Positions 12,370 to 27,679 are shown, counted from the first letter of the stretch. The stretch is DNA of 64,000 bases from Ranitomeya imitator (GCF_032444005.1 NC_091282.1:447640001-447704000); one strand, 5' to 3'. Numbers and translations are program-made. Notes: generated by a model not told the origin, from the sequence alone.

Positions 12370-14015
12370 CCCCTTAGTGACAGAGCCAATTTGGTACTTA
12401 ATGATCAAGCCAATTTTTACAATTCTGGCCACTGTCACTTTATGAGGTTATAGCTCTGGAATGCTTCAACGGATCCCAGTGATTCTGAGACCGTTTTTTC
12501 TTGACATATTGTACTTCGCTAGGACTTGAGTTTATTTATGGAAAAAAATGGAAATTTGGCAAAAAAATTTAAAATGTTGCAATTTTCAAACTTTTAATCT
12601 TTGTACCCTTATATCAGAGTGGTGTCACACAAAATAGTTAATAAATAACATTTCCCACATGTCTACTTTACATCAGCACAATTTTGGAAACATAATTTTT
12701 TTTGTTAGGATGTTATAAGAGTGAAAATTTGACCAGCAATTTCTCATTTTTCCAACAAAATTTACAAAACCATTATTTTTAGGGACCACCTCATATTTGA
12801 AGTGAGTTTGGGGGGTCAATATAACAGAAAATACCCAAAAGTGACACCATTCTAAAAACTGCACCCTCAAGGTGCGTAAAACCACATTCAAGAAATGTAT
12901 TAACCCTTCAGGTGCTTCAAGAGAAAGAACTAAAGCAAAAAATTTACTTTGGAACCAATTTTTTTATTTTCACAAGGGTATCAGGAGAAAATGAACCACA
13001 AAATGTGTTGTGCAATTTCTCCTGAGTATGTGATACCTCGTATGTGGGGAAAAGACACTGTTCAGGTGCATGGCAGGTCTCAGAAGGGAAGGAGCACCGA
13101 TTGACCTTTTTTTTTTACCCAAAATTGGCTGGAATCACTGGGGGCGCCATGTCACGTTTGGAGACCCACTGATGTACTTAAACAGTGGAAACCCCCAATT
13201 CTAACTCCAACCCTAACCCCAACACACCCCTAACCCTAATCCCAACCCTAACCACAGCCCTAACACCAACACACCCCTAACCACAAACCTAACCCTAACA
13301 CACCCCCTAACCCTAATCCCTACCCTAACTTTAGCCCCCAACCCTGACTTTAGCCCCCAACCCTGACTTTAGCCCCCAACCCTGACTTTACCCCCAACCC
13401 TAACTTTAGCCCCAACCCTAGCCCAACCCCAACCCTAGCCTAACCCTAGCTCAACCGCAACCCTAACTCAACCCTAACCCCAGCTCTAGCCCAACCCTAA
13501 CTCTAACTTTAGCCCAACTCTAATCCTAATGGAAAAATAGAAATAAATATATATTTTTTATTTTATAATTTTTCCCTAACTAAGCGGTTGATAAAGGAGG
13601 GTTTTATTTACTATTTTTTTATTTTGATTACGGTTATAGGGTCTATCACAGTGATCAAAATGAACCAATAGGAAATATTTCCTACTGTTGCCGGGTGCCG
13701 TCCGGCAGAACTCGGCAGAGGCACTGAGCATGCGCCCGCCATTTTTTTCTGGTAAGAAGATGCCGGCTGCCAGGGGGACTTCACGGGGAGGGTTGCAGGA
13801 ACATCGGAGGTACCGGGGGAGGATCAGGGGACCCCATTTCTCCTCTTATGTGCGATTACATCAGGAGAAATTATATGGGAAATTGGACTTTTTTGTGGTC
13901 GCTGTTATTCCGTTAATCATGTTCTCTGGGGTCTCAGCTACCCCCGGGGAAATTACGTCTCGGGATGGGGGGGGCATAAGTACCCTTAAAAGGCGTATAG
14001 GTGATCGTTAAGGGT
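12370..14015 (-). mobile_element. Non-autonomous piggyBac-like element P1
   Basis: TTAA|ccccttag...taagggt|TTAA; reverse-complement homology to the terminal part of P2 and P3; no transposase. Confidence 0.8.
13201..13529. repeat. Degenerate telomere-like (CCCTAA)n array inside P1
   Basis: ccctaaccc / accctaac variants, with a 20-bp higher-order unit ccccaaccctgactttagcc repeated. Confidence 0.85.
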
Positions 14016-14329
14016 TTAAACTGCTTTGTGCGTTTCTACTGCCAAAATCGAAGGAGCTGGTGCGGGGAGTGTAGTGGGGATGTGATGCTACAGCTCATCT
14101 AATTCAAGTCCCTACACCAGAAATCTTACTTCAGTTCCCAAATGGACTAAGGTTTGTTGTGAGGCGCATGACACTTGTCAGATGTCCTTAACGAATCAGG
14201 AATGTCTCCAACATGCCCCCTCGCCAAGATCGGTATGACCACAGTGATACACACCATGTCACCAAACAGCACAGTGAGTATCTGTAGCCCTATACACAGG
14301 CCCACTCACTGATTCCAAGACTGTAGACA

Positions 14330-14601
14330 CCTGTGATGCTAGTTAGCGGACACACCTTGATGCAACGTCTGTTTTGTCACATTATTTTCAGGGGTACCAA
14401 CATTTCTGTCCCGGCCTATTTCATGAGTTTTATTTTTTTTTATTCTGTATAAGCATGGTTGAAAAGCAATATCTGACTTTCATTTGTTCATTTGCATAGA
14501 TCTTTTATTTATTATTACTTTTGTCAAATTCATGTTATTTCTGTGACATTGTGGGTTTTTCTGTCATTAAACAGGGGTACCAACAATTTTGACCACATGT
14601 G
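14330..14601. mobile_element. Tc1-like terminal fragment
   Basis: ggggtaccaaca motif repeated (IR/DR-like), ending ggtaccaacaattttgaccacatgtg|ta; start approximate. Confidence 0.5.
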
Positions 14602-14981
14602 TAATTTATTCATGGATGTACATCATTTGATGAATTCTCCACTCAGGGTTATTATAGTAATCTACATGTTCATACCTTTCCCTAATTATTTGTTGTATGT
14701 GGTGCAATACAGAAAAACTGTGAGACATCTACCGTAATTACACAGTTTCATATGTCCAGGCTGATTGAGGGTAACAAAATGTCTTGCTGTCCTTCCCAAA
14801 TCATAGCTAGACATAAAGGTATCCAGCTAAATATGGCAGGATATAAGATTCTGAAAGATCGTAATGAAATCTCAGCTTTACAGTGTTTCGATATGAAACG
14901 AAAAAGTTCCAGCAACAGACATCCAAAGTCAGGTTATTGAGTGGACGTTAAAAAACGTCATTTTACTAAAATAGTGAGTGA

Positions 14982-15018
14982 GGGATTACGCGTTTCGAAC
15001 GAAAGTGTTCTTAATCAT
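14982..15018 (-). ncRNA. Decayed minimal hammerhead ribozyme motif (Penelope-like relic)
   Basis: Minus strand AUGAUUA-A-GAAC(acuuuc)GUUC-GAAACGCGUA; core differs from CUGANGA at two positions. Confidence 0.5.
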
Positions 15019-15066
15019 TAGCATATCCTATGCTTTTGCACTGATCACAGATATGGTTATGATTAA

Positions 15067-15610
15067 AGGGAACCTGTCGTCCCGTTTTTTCAAGAAGAGC
15101 TAAAAATAGCGTTAAATAGGGGCAGAGCTGGGCTTTACATTAGTGTATTTTGGAGCCTTCATTCCCCACCTATGCTGCCGAAATACCTTTGTAAAGTCGC
15201 CGTTTTGGGCTGTCACTCACGCTGGTCAGGTCATATGGGCGTGGTGACAGCGCTGTTTCTCCCCCAGATCTCCGTTGGTGGCGTAGTGGTGTGCGCATGT
15301 CCAAGTGGCGAATCCACTGCGCAACTTCAAGGAAAATAGCGCGATCTGCGCTATTCAGCCGTTTATCGGTGGGCGCGGCCGTCTTTGTGAGGCCGCGCGT
15401 GCGCAGATGGTTCTTCTCGGCTTCCCGGGGCTTCAGGAAAATGGCCGCGGAATGCCGTGCGTGCGCAGATGGAGATCGCGGTGGCCATTTTCCTGCAGCC
15501 GAGATGCGAACTCGGCTTCAGGAAAATGGCCGTCGAGATCGCCATCTGCGCACGCGCGGCATCCCGCGGCCATTTTCTGGAAGCCGAGAAGAACCATCTG
15601 CGCACGCGCA
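15067..15610. mobile_element. Kolobok/T2-type MITE, left part only
   Basis: TTAA|agggaacctgtc terminus; internal palindrome with four AAAATGGCC(G) motifs; right terminus missing, fused to the telomere-like array of P2. Confidence 0.75.
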
Positions 15611-18600
15611 GGGCTAGGGTTAGGGCTAGGGTTAGGGTTGGGGCTAGGGTTAAGGCTACAGTTAGGGTTGGGGCTAAAGTTACGATTAGGGTTTAGATTA
15701 CATTTACAGTTGGGAATAGGGTTGGGATTAGGGTGAGGGGTGTGTTTGGATTAGGGTTTCAGTTATAATTGGGGGGTTTCCACTGTTTAGGCACATCAGG
15801 GGCTCTCCAAACGCGACATGGCGTCCGATCTCAATTCCAGCCAATTCTGCGTTGAAAAAGTAAAACAGTGCTTCTTCCCTTCCGAGCTCTCCCGTGTGCC
15901 CAAACAGGGGTTTACCCCAACATATGGGGTATCAGCGTACTCAGGACAAATAGGACAACAACTTTTGGTGTCCAATTTCTGCTGTTACCCTTGGGAAAAT
16001 ACAAAACTGGGGGCTAAAAAATAATTTTTGTGGGGAAAAAAAAGATTTTTTATTTTCACGGCTCTGCGTTACAAACTGTAGTGAAACATTTGGCGGTTCA
16101 AAGCTCTCACAACACATCTAGATGAGTTCCTTAGGGGGTCTAGTTTCCAAAATGGTGTCACTTGTGGGGGGTTTCTACTGTTTAGGTACATTAGGGGCTA
16201 TGCAAACGCAATGTGACACCTGCAGACCATTCCATCTAAGTCTGCATTCCAAGTGGAGCTCCTTCCCTTCCGAGCCCTCCCATGCTCCCAAACAGTGGTT
16301 CCCCCCCACATATGGGGTATCAGCGCACTCAGGACAAATTGGGCAACAAATTTTAGAGTCCAATTTCTCCTGTTACCCTCGGGAAAATATAAAACTAAGG
16401 GCTAAAAAAATAATTTTTGTGGGAAAAAATTTTTGTTTTATTTTTACGGCTCTGCATTATAAACTTCTGTGAAGCCCTTGGTGGGTCAAAGCGCTCAAAA
16501 CACATCTAGATAAGTTCCTTAGGGGGTCTACTTTCCAAAATGGTGTCACTTGTGGGGGGTTTCAATGTTTAGGCACATCAGTGGCTCTCCAAATGCAACA
16601 TGGCGTCTGTTGTGAATTCTGTTGTCAAGCTCCCTCCTGTGGTCGTGAATGGTACTTCGGCTGGTTCTGTCCATGGGCTTCCTCTGGTGGTTGTGAGTGG
16701 GGTTGCGGCTTCTGAGTTTCCTTCCACAGGTGACGAGGTTAATTCGTTAGCTGGCTGCTCTATTTAACTCCACCTAGATCATTGCTCCATGCCACCTGTC
16801 AATGTTCCAGTATTGGTCTTGTTCACTCCTGGATCGTTCTTGTGACATGTCTTCCCAGCAGAAGCTAAGTTCCTGCTTGTTTATCTCTGGTTTGTTGTTT
16901 TTCTGTCCAGCTTGCTATTTTGATTTTTGTCTTGCTTGCTGGAAGCCCTGGGACGCAGAGGGAGCGCCTCCGCACCGTGAGTCGGTGCGGAGGGTCTTTT
17001 TGCGCCCTCTGCGTGGTCTTTTTATAGTTTTTTTGTGCTGACCGCAAAGTTGCCTTTCCTATCCTCAGTCTGTTCAGTAAGTCGGGCCTCACTTTGCTAA
17101 ATCTATTTCATCTCTGTGTTTGTAATTTTCATCTTTACTCACAGTCATTATATGTGGGGGGCTGCCTTTTCCTTTGGGGAATTTCTCTGAGGCAAGGTAG
17201 GCTTTATTTTTCTATCTTCAGGGCTAGCTAGTTTCTTAGGCTGTGACGAGTTGCATAGGGAGCGTTAGGAGCAATCCACGGCTATTTCTAGTGTGTGTGA
17301 TAGGATTAGGGATTGCGGTCAGAAGAGTTCCCACGTCTCAGAGCTCGTCCTATATTATTAGTAACTATCAGGTCATTCCGTGTGCTCTTAACCACCAGGT
17401 CCATTATTGTCCTAACCACCAGGTCATAACAGGCGTCCCATCTCAATTCCTGTCAATTTTGCATTGAAAAGTCAAACGGCACTACTTCCCTTCCGAGCTC
17501 TCCCATGCGCTCAAACAGTGGTTTACCCCCACATATGGGGTATCAGCGTACTCAGGACAAATTGTACATAAACCTTTGGGGTCCAATTTCTTCTCTTACC
17601 CTTGGGAAAATAAAAAATTGGGGGTGAAAAGATAATTTTTGTGAAAAAATATGATTTTTATTTTTATGGTTCTGCATTATAAACTTCTGTGAAGCACACA
17701 CCACACCTCAAGATAAGTTCCTTAGGGGGTCTACTTTCCAAAATGGTGTCACTTGTGGGGGGTTTCAATGTTTAGGCACATCAGGGGCTCTCCAAACTCA
17801 ACATGGCGTCCCATCTCAATTCCTGTCAATTTTGCATTGAAAAGTCAAACGGCGCTCCTTCCCTTCCGAGCTCTCCCATGCGCCCAAACAGTGGTTTACC
17901 CCCACATATGGGGTATCGGTGTACTCAGGACAAATTATACAACAACTTTTGGGGTCCATTTTCTCCTGTTACCCTTGGTAAAATAAAACAAATTGGAGCT
18001 GAAGTAAATTTTTTGTGAAAAAAAGTTAAATGTTCATTTTTATTTAAACATTCCAAAAATTCCTGTGAAGCACCAGAAGGGTTAATAAACTTCTTGAATA
18101 TGGTTTTGAGCACCTTGAGGGGTGCAGTTTTTAGATTGGTGTCACACTTGGGTATTTTCTATCATATAGACCCCTCAAAATGACTTCAAATGAGATGTGG
18201 TCCCTAAAAAAAAATGGTGTTGTAAAAATGAGAAATTGCTGGTCAACTTTTAACCCTTATAACTCCCTAACAAAAAAAAATTTTGGTTCCAAAATTGTGC
18301 TGATGTAAAGTAGACATGTGGGAAATGTTACTTAAGTATTTTGTGTGACATATCTCTGTGATTTAATTGCATAAAAATTCAAAGTTGGAAAATTGCGAAA
18401 TTTTCATAATTTTCGCCAAATTTCCGTTTTTTTTCACAAATAAACGCAGGTACTAGCAAAGAATTTTTACCACTGTCATGAAGTACAATATGTCACGATA
18501 AAACAGTGTCAGAATCACTGGGATCCGTTGAAGCGTTCCAGAGTTATAACCTCATAAAGGGACAGTGGTCAGAATTGGAAAAATTGGCCCGGTCATTAAC

Positions 18601-18628
18601 ATGCAAACCACTCTTGGGGGTAAAGGGG
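15611..18628 (+). mobile_element. Non-autonomous piggyBac-like element P2 (left end lost)
   Basis: Starts in a TTAGGG-like array (15611-15757), has four about 390-bp internal units and ends gggggtaaagggg|TTAA like P3. Confidence 0.85.
16608..17431. mobile_element. Solo LTR nested in P2
   Basis: TGTTGTGA...TCATAACA termini with a 6-bp TSD ggcgtc (16602-16607, 17432-17437); the empty site catggcgtcccatctc is seen in neighbouring units; CAGGTG...TATTTAA promoter-like motifs. Confidence 0.85.
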
Positions 18629-18719
18629 TTAAGGTAATGCAATGTTGCAGCAACCAAAAAAAAACATAATTCTGTCTTTTTGACTTTTTTCTCGCTACGG
18701 CATTTAGCAATCCGGTTAA

Positions 18720-19345
18720 TCCTTTTTTTTTTTTTTTTTTATAGATCGGGCAATTTTGAACGCAGCTATACTAAATATGTGTTTGTTTGATTTTTCTTTT
18801 TTAGTATTTTATTTTGAATGAGGCAAAAGGGGGGTGATTTGAACTTTTATATTTTTATTTATTTATTTTTTTAAATATTTGGCATGCTTCAATAGTCTCC
18901 ATTGGTGACTAGAAGCTGCCATAACCCAATTGGCTCTGCTACATGCAGGGATAATCAGATCGTCTGCTTGTAGCAGAATACCTCACTTACTATGAGTGCC
19001 GACAACCGGGTGGCGCTCATAGCAATCTGGCAGTGACAACCATAGAGGTCTCCAGGAGACCTCTGGTTGTCATGCCAATCCATCGGTGACTTGCGATCAC
19101 GTGATGGGAGTCACCGATGGGTGAATTTCCGGCACGATTCCCAGAAATGCTGCAGTCTGTGTTTGACAGTGGCATTTAACGGGTGAACAGCCACGGGAGG
19201 TTAGCGATTCCTCCCACGGCTGTTAGCAGCACTTCAGCTGTTCAAAACAGCTGATGTACTGGAAAAGTAGCGGGCTCACTGACGGAGCCCGCACCAAACA
19301 GTGGGAGGCGTCCAATGACAGTATTGGTCGGTAAGGAGATAAACC
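18720..19345. mobile_element. Terminal fragment of another TTAA-type non-autonomous DNA element
   Basis: GC-rich palindromic segments and a degenerate terminus gtattggtcggtaaggagataa resembling ...aaggggttaa; boundaries approximate. Confidence 0.4.
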
Positions 19346-20579
19346 GTTTATGGCATGTAACACAACCAAGCAATGAAAAAATAGGAACCTCCTCACCAAA
19401 TTGATGTTCATTCACGTAGGGGGAAACTATGTCCATCCAGGTGAGAATCAATCCAAGAGATACGGGATATAGTATGGCCATATATATCCCTATAGGGACT
19501 GCAAAAGCTACCACCCTGACATCGGCAGTCCACAGCTAGTCCTACCTAATAAGGAGGCCCTGCACTCTCCCTCTGCATCTCGACGCATTCCTTCCCTCGA
19601 TTAAGTCTTCAGGGAACCTGTAGCACAAGTAGGGTCTCTATGGTAGTTAGTGCAGAGTAAAATGGGTCTCTCCTGACTGTCTAATCCTGGAGGATTCTGG
19701 GCCTCCAACTTATGCCAAAGGTCATATACCATAGTTGGAGCTCCTTTTCCCTTTTTTAAGCAGCACTTCTTTTTCATGTTAGTGATCTAGTTAAGGTTAC
19801 ATTTTAATATAAACTCTAACATTTTGCTGTATTGTACTTGACATTGTAACATCCTATGGATTTTGAGGTGGGCATTTATTCCCACTTCTTCAACATTGTA
19901 TAAGGTGCCATCCACTGAATAAATATATGCAATATTTATATTTTAATTTTTACATTTGTTATACTCTGTCTACTGTTTACCTCCAAAATAAAGCAGACAC
20001 CCACCAAAAGAATTGCACTTACCAAACCCTAAACAAAAGCGTTGGCAAGTGAATGGGATCTCGGGCATAAATCTGCATCGCTTCATTCCACAGCGGTTGG
20101 CTCCCCCTGCTGGCTGGAAGCAGTATCACTCGAGTGGAGTTGGTGAGAGCTGAGTGATACCGAAGTAGATCTTATATTTCAAGCCTTCTCCAAAAAGGCT
20201 GAAAATTCCTGCTAGCACTAGGAAGACCTGACCGTTTGGCTTTAATACTGCAAATAGATTCATTATGTGAAAAATATTGGTTGATCAGTACGACCATAAT
20301 CACAAGAACAGGTACTCAGGCATGCTCATTGATGATGAGTATTGTGTTTTAAACTTTAAAAGATGGCCGTGTTCTCTATCATTCAGTATCACAGACAATG
20401 AATGGCGCGGCATTCAAATAGGGGACACTGAGCACTTGTTCTCATGAGCACTGACCTCCGCAATCAGATGCCGTATTGCAGATATGCAGTAGAGTTGTCA
20501 CATAAACACGACTTCTTTAAGAAAATGAATATATAGGTTTTTTATATGTATTTTAGTACAACATATTTACCTTGTATAA

Positions 20580-20777
<198 letters not shown>

Positions 20778-22186
20778 TAAATGCATTTATTTAAATACGA
20801 CTTAGTGGTATTCCCATCTCTAAGATCGTATCCTACTCTGTAGTAACTGATAATATTAGCAAATACCTCCAATTAGAAATGTAGTATAGTTCTTCTGATT
20901 TGCTGTGTTGCTGACCAAGTGCAGTGCTTTGCAGTAGCTTAGATATCCATGGTTACAATCATTGACATAGTAACAGTTGTTTAGTTGTTAGATAACTACT
21001 TAGATAGCTACTGCAATGCCCTGCACATGGGGTAAGCGACGTAGTGAATCATAAGAACTGTACTACATTTGTAATTAGAGATATTTGCTAATATTATTAT
21101 TACACCTACTACATATTGGGATAGGCTATTAGAGATATGAATACCACTACTAAAGGCGTTTCTTCTAAAAACAGCAAAACGCTTGTCCACGGTTTGTGTT
21201 ACTGAAACTCAGCCCCATTTAGCTTAGTAGAGCTGAGCTGCAGTACCGCATGTCATACATATCAAGAAAGCTGCCTTGTTTTGTATTTGTGTTTCTTCCC
21301 TAAATGACATTTTATTTGGTTACCTTCAGTCTTTGTCATCCTATGACTATATTGGAAAAGCAAGGATGATTGAGGGGGCCATGTGCCATCCACAAGGATG
21401 GGGGTTATATAGATACCAGGATGAAGGACATACATATGATTTGTAAGACAGGCACTGGCATTATAAGACAGACCCCCATTTAACATAAAAAATAGTAAAT
21501 GAAAGAATATACACTGGCGCTATAACTGTAGATGTGAGCTACACAAGTGCCGCTGGTACTCCTGTCAGATGATGTGCCCAATCCGACAAACAAGAATAAA
21601 AGACCAGTATAAACGAATAAAGAGTACCGCGCTACAAGTGACTAGGGCTAAGTGCCGTCCGTGATCCCAGCGTAACGACTCAAAAACTCCCTATGGTCGC
21701 AGATGGCAACTAATACTAACTGACCAATTTGCCAATTTGCATATACTTAGAAGAGGAGAGGTGTATTGACCTTCTGTGTGCGTAGTGCAACTAGTTGTGG
21801 CTCTCCTGCTGAGCTTGTAATATTATACTGGTACACCGTATTAGTAGATGGTAACTAGTAATATTCCGTTACCTACTGCGTGCCGCCGTATGGGGATCCC
21901 GGAGCTGCTGGGCTACTTGCGTCGGATTCAGCTGGCTGGTCAGTACATCTAGAGGTCCGCTCTGTTGGAAGGCTGATTCCGTCTGCTTGGAAGGTAAGTA
22001 TGCGGGTGCTAGCCGCGGTCGATATCGGCGGCTTTGGGTACTGCAGGTGAGGACTGTGGTAGCTACGTGTAGCGCCAGAGACGTTCCGGCCGGAGGCGTC
22101 CCTGGATACACGTGAGAAAATGGCCGACACTGCGAAGCAGTGAGTGACGTCACTGGCCTATGGTGCCTCAATGGGGTCAAATCTAA

Positions 22187-22224
22187 CCTACGCGTTTCAA
22201 AGTGACACGCACTCCTTTATCAGG
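22187..22224 (-). ncRNA. Mirror hammerhead copy with G8>A core mutation
   Basis: Minus strand reads C-CUGAUAA-AGGAGUGCGUGUCACUUU-GAAACGCGUAGG; variant base at 22218. Confidence 0.6.
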
Positions 22225-22236
22225 ATCCCTTCAACT

Positions 22237-22275
22237 CCCTGATGAAGGAGTGCGTGTCACTTTGAAACGCGTAGG
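22237..22275 (+). ncRNA. Minimal type I hammerhead ribozyme motif
   Basis: CC-CUGAUGA(22239-45)-stem II AGGAGUG/CACUUU-GAAAC GC GUA-GG; palindromic ACGCGU stem III typical of dimer-dependent Penelope hammerheads; predicted cut after A22273; stem I is very short. Confidence 0.7.
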
Positions 22276-22869
22276 TTATATTTGACCCCATTGAGGCTCC
22301 ATAGGCCAGTGACGTCACTCACTGCTTCGCAGTGTCGGCCATTTTCTCACGTGTATCCAGGGACGCCTCCGGCCGGGACTTCTCTGGCGCTACACGTAGC
22401 TACCACAGTCCTCACCTGCAGTACCCAAAGCCGCCGATATCGACCGCGGCTAGCACCCGCATACTTACCTTCCAAGCAGACGGAATCAGCCTTCCAACAG
22501 TGCGGACCTCTAGATGTACTGACCAGCCAGCTGAATCCGACGCAAGTAGCCCAGCAGCTCCGGGATCCCCATACGGCGGCACGCAGTAGGTAACGGAATA
22601 TTACTAGTTACCATCTACTAATGCGGTGTACCAGTATAATATTACAAGCTCAGCAGGAGAGCCACAACTAGTTGCACTACGCACACAGAAGGTCAATACA
22701 CCTCTCCTCTTCTAAGTATATGCAAATTGGCAAATTGGTCAGTTAGTATTAGTTGCCATCTGCGACCATAGGGAGTTTTTGAGTCGTTACGCTGGGATCA
22801 CGGACGGCACTTAGCCCTAGTCACTTGTAGCGCAGTACTCTTTATTCGTTTATACTAACATAAAAAATA

Positions 22870-22956
22870 ATTTAATTTAATTTTTTTCTCTTTTTCTTCA
22901 CCAAATTTGGGGGTGGGTCTTATAATCAGGTGCGTCTTATAAAGCGAAAAATACGG
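22870..22956. mobile_element. Tc2-like MITE right end; left end probably at about 21430-21494, split by the foldback insertion
   Basis: gtcttataaagcgaaaaatacgg|ta terminus; degenerate tataagac motifs left of the TSD. Confidence 0.45.
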
Positions 22957-23033
22957 TAGAAGGAAATACTTGTATAGTCCTCTAGAGTACTCTATTTGGG
23001 TATGCCCATCTGATATACCTGTAGCATATCTGC

Positions 23034-23187
23034 NNNNNNNNNNNNNNNNNNNNNNNNNNNNNNNNNNNNNNNNNNNNNNNNNNNNNNNNNNNNNNNNNNN
23101 NNNNNNNNNNNNNNNNNNNNNNNNNNNNNNNNNNNNNNNNNNNNNNNNNNNNNNNNNNNNNNNNNNNNNNNNNNNNNNNNNNNNNNN
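23034..23187. other. Assembly gap (154 N)
   Basis: Run of N. Confidence 0.99.
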
Positions 23188-23394
23188 CTCTAAAATGTGT
23201 CTCTGATGCCCGCTGCTGTCAGTGTGGAGGTCTTCGGAATTCCTGTTAATTTGTATGGGAATTCTAATTACTTCTCCACTGATAGATCCCATTCTTGAAA
23301 TAATCAGAATTTTATTACGACCCACATCTACTATACATTTATGTATACGTTTATGTATAGGTCATAAATGTACAAAAAGAGTAAACCTTTTTAA

Positions 23395-23955
23395 AGGAGA
23401 TTTCCCAATAAGAAACTTAATTTTTAAATTGATTTTAAGCAATACATATTTGAATAATAATAATTTACACAATTGGATGTGTTTAAAAAAATGTTCCAGT
23501 GCTGAGATAATCTTATAATGTGCCCCTGCTGTGTGCTGTGTAATGGCCGTGTCTGACTGTGCAGAAATGTGGTCTGATCATACGTACAACATATCCTGGG
23601 CAGGGGGAGAGCAAAAGAGAGGATACAGATAGGACAGCAGGGGATCGCAGCTGATACTCTTTGTGAGATAAAGCATTTCTCTGCCTGCTTTAAAAAAGTT
23701 TTATGGCAAAGAATTATATGCAATCCTGTGCTGTTCTGTCTGTTTACTCTTTTGCATCCTCCCCTGCCCAGTAGATGTGGTGTGATCATACCATGTCCCT
23801 GTACGGTCAGACACGGCCATTACACAATACATAACAGGGGCACATTTAGAAGATTATCTCCGCACAGGAACATTTTTTTTAAGCGCATCCAGTTGTGGAA
23901 CTTATTATTCCATGATCTAGAGATTAAAATTAACTTTGTTCGTGGGACAACCCCT
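23395..23955. mobile_element. Kolobok/T2-type MITE
   Basis: TTAA|aggagatttccca...tgggacaacccct|TTAA with long internal inverted arms. Confidence 0.7.
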
Positions 23956-24116
23956 TTAAGTCTATGGGTAGCTTTAGGAGTTGCATGTTAGCACAAATCA
24001 CAAATTTGGAGATGTTGTGTTAGTTTATAGATAATAGTGCCCAGTAGGGTTGAGAAATTGATTTTGACATTTTTGTAGGCATTTCAACATTTACATTTAC
24101 ATTTTCCCCATTATAG

Positions 24117-25678
<1,562 letters not shown>

Positions 25679-26042
25679 TACATTAAATTGTATATTTTCA
25701 GTACTTCTTCTTGTGATGTATTAAGTCATGCTTTATGGAATCACCTGAAGGATATTCCCTCTCATCTGTTTAACCTTCCTATTCTAATAGGGTAAACGCA
25801 ACTTCAGATAAACACGTGATAAATTACTCCGTGTTATTAGTTGACAAAAACTAGATCAAAATGTAGGAACAGTGTGTAAGAAAAAAACAAACAAAAAAAA
25901 CAAACCCTTAAATGGAATGTCACCTACTTTTTCGTATATAAGCTTCGGCCACTGCCATCAGGGGCTTATCTACAGCATTCTGTAATTCTGTAGATAAACC
26001 CCCGATGTAACCTGATGGATAAGAAAAACAAGTTAGATTATA

Positions 26043-27679
<1,637 letters not shown>

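Larger units (their letters stand above)
21495..22855. mobile_element. Penelope-like foldback insertion (inverted pseudo-LTR structure)
   Basis: 14-bp TSD taacataaaaaata (21481-21494, 22856-22869); 111-bp unique extension; 619-bp inverted arms 21606-22224 and 22238-22856; 13-nt loop; hammerhead motif at the apex. Confidence 0.8.

Noticed and set aside
13201-13529. Relic telomere or chromosome-fusion site
   Set aside because: All three arrays sit at the same internal position of TTAA-bounded elements, in both orientations, within introns of an intact gene
21869-22593. Mirror-image 103-aa and 85-aa ORF pairs suggesting a duplicated gene
   Set aside because: A direct consequence of the inverted repeat; GC-rich sequence with no RT or GIY-YIG motifs
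21606-22856. Palindrome as a foldback sequencing artefact (a gap lies about 180 bp away)
   Set aside because: Arms differ at about 8 positions and the structure is bounded by an exact 14-bp TSD, which a read artefact would not create; long-read confirmation is still advisable
22855-23325. ORFs spanning the N run
   Set aside because: Artefact of translating N as X
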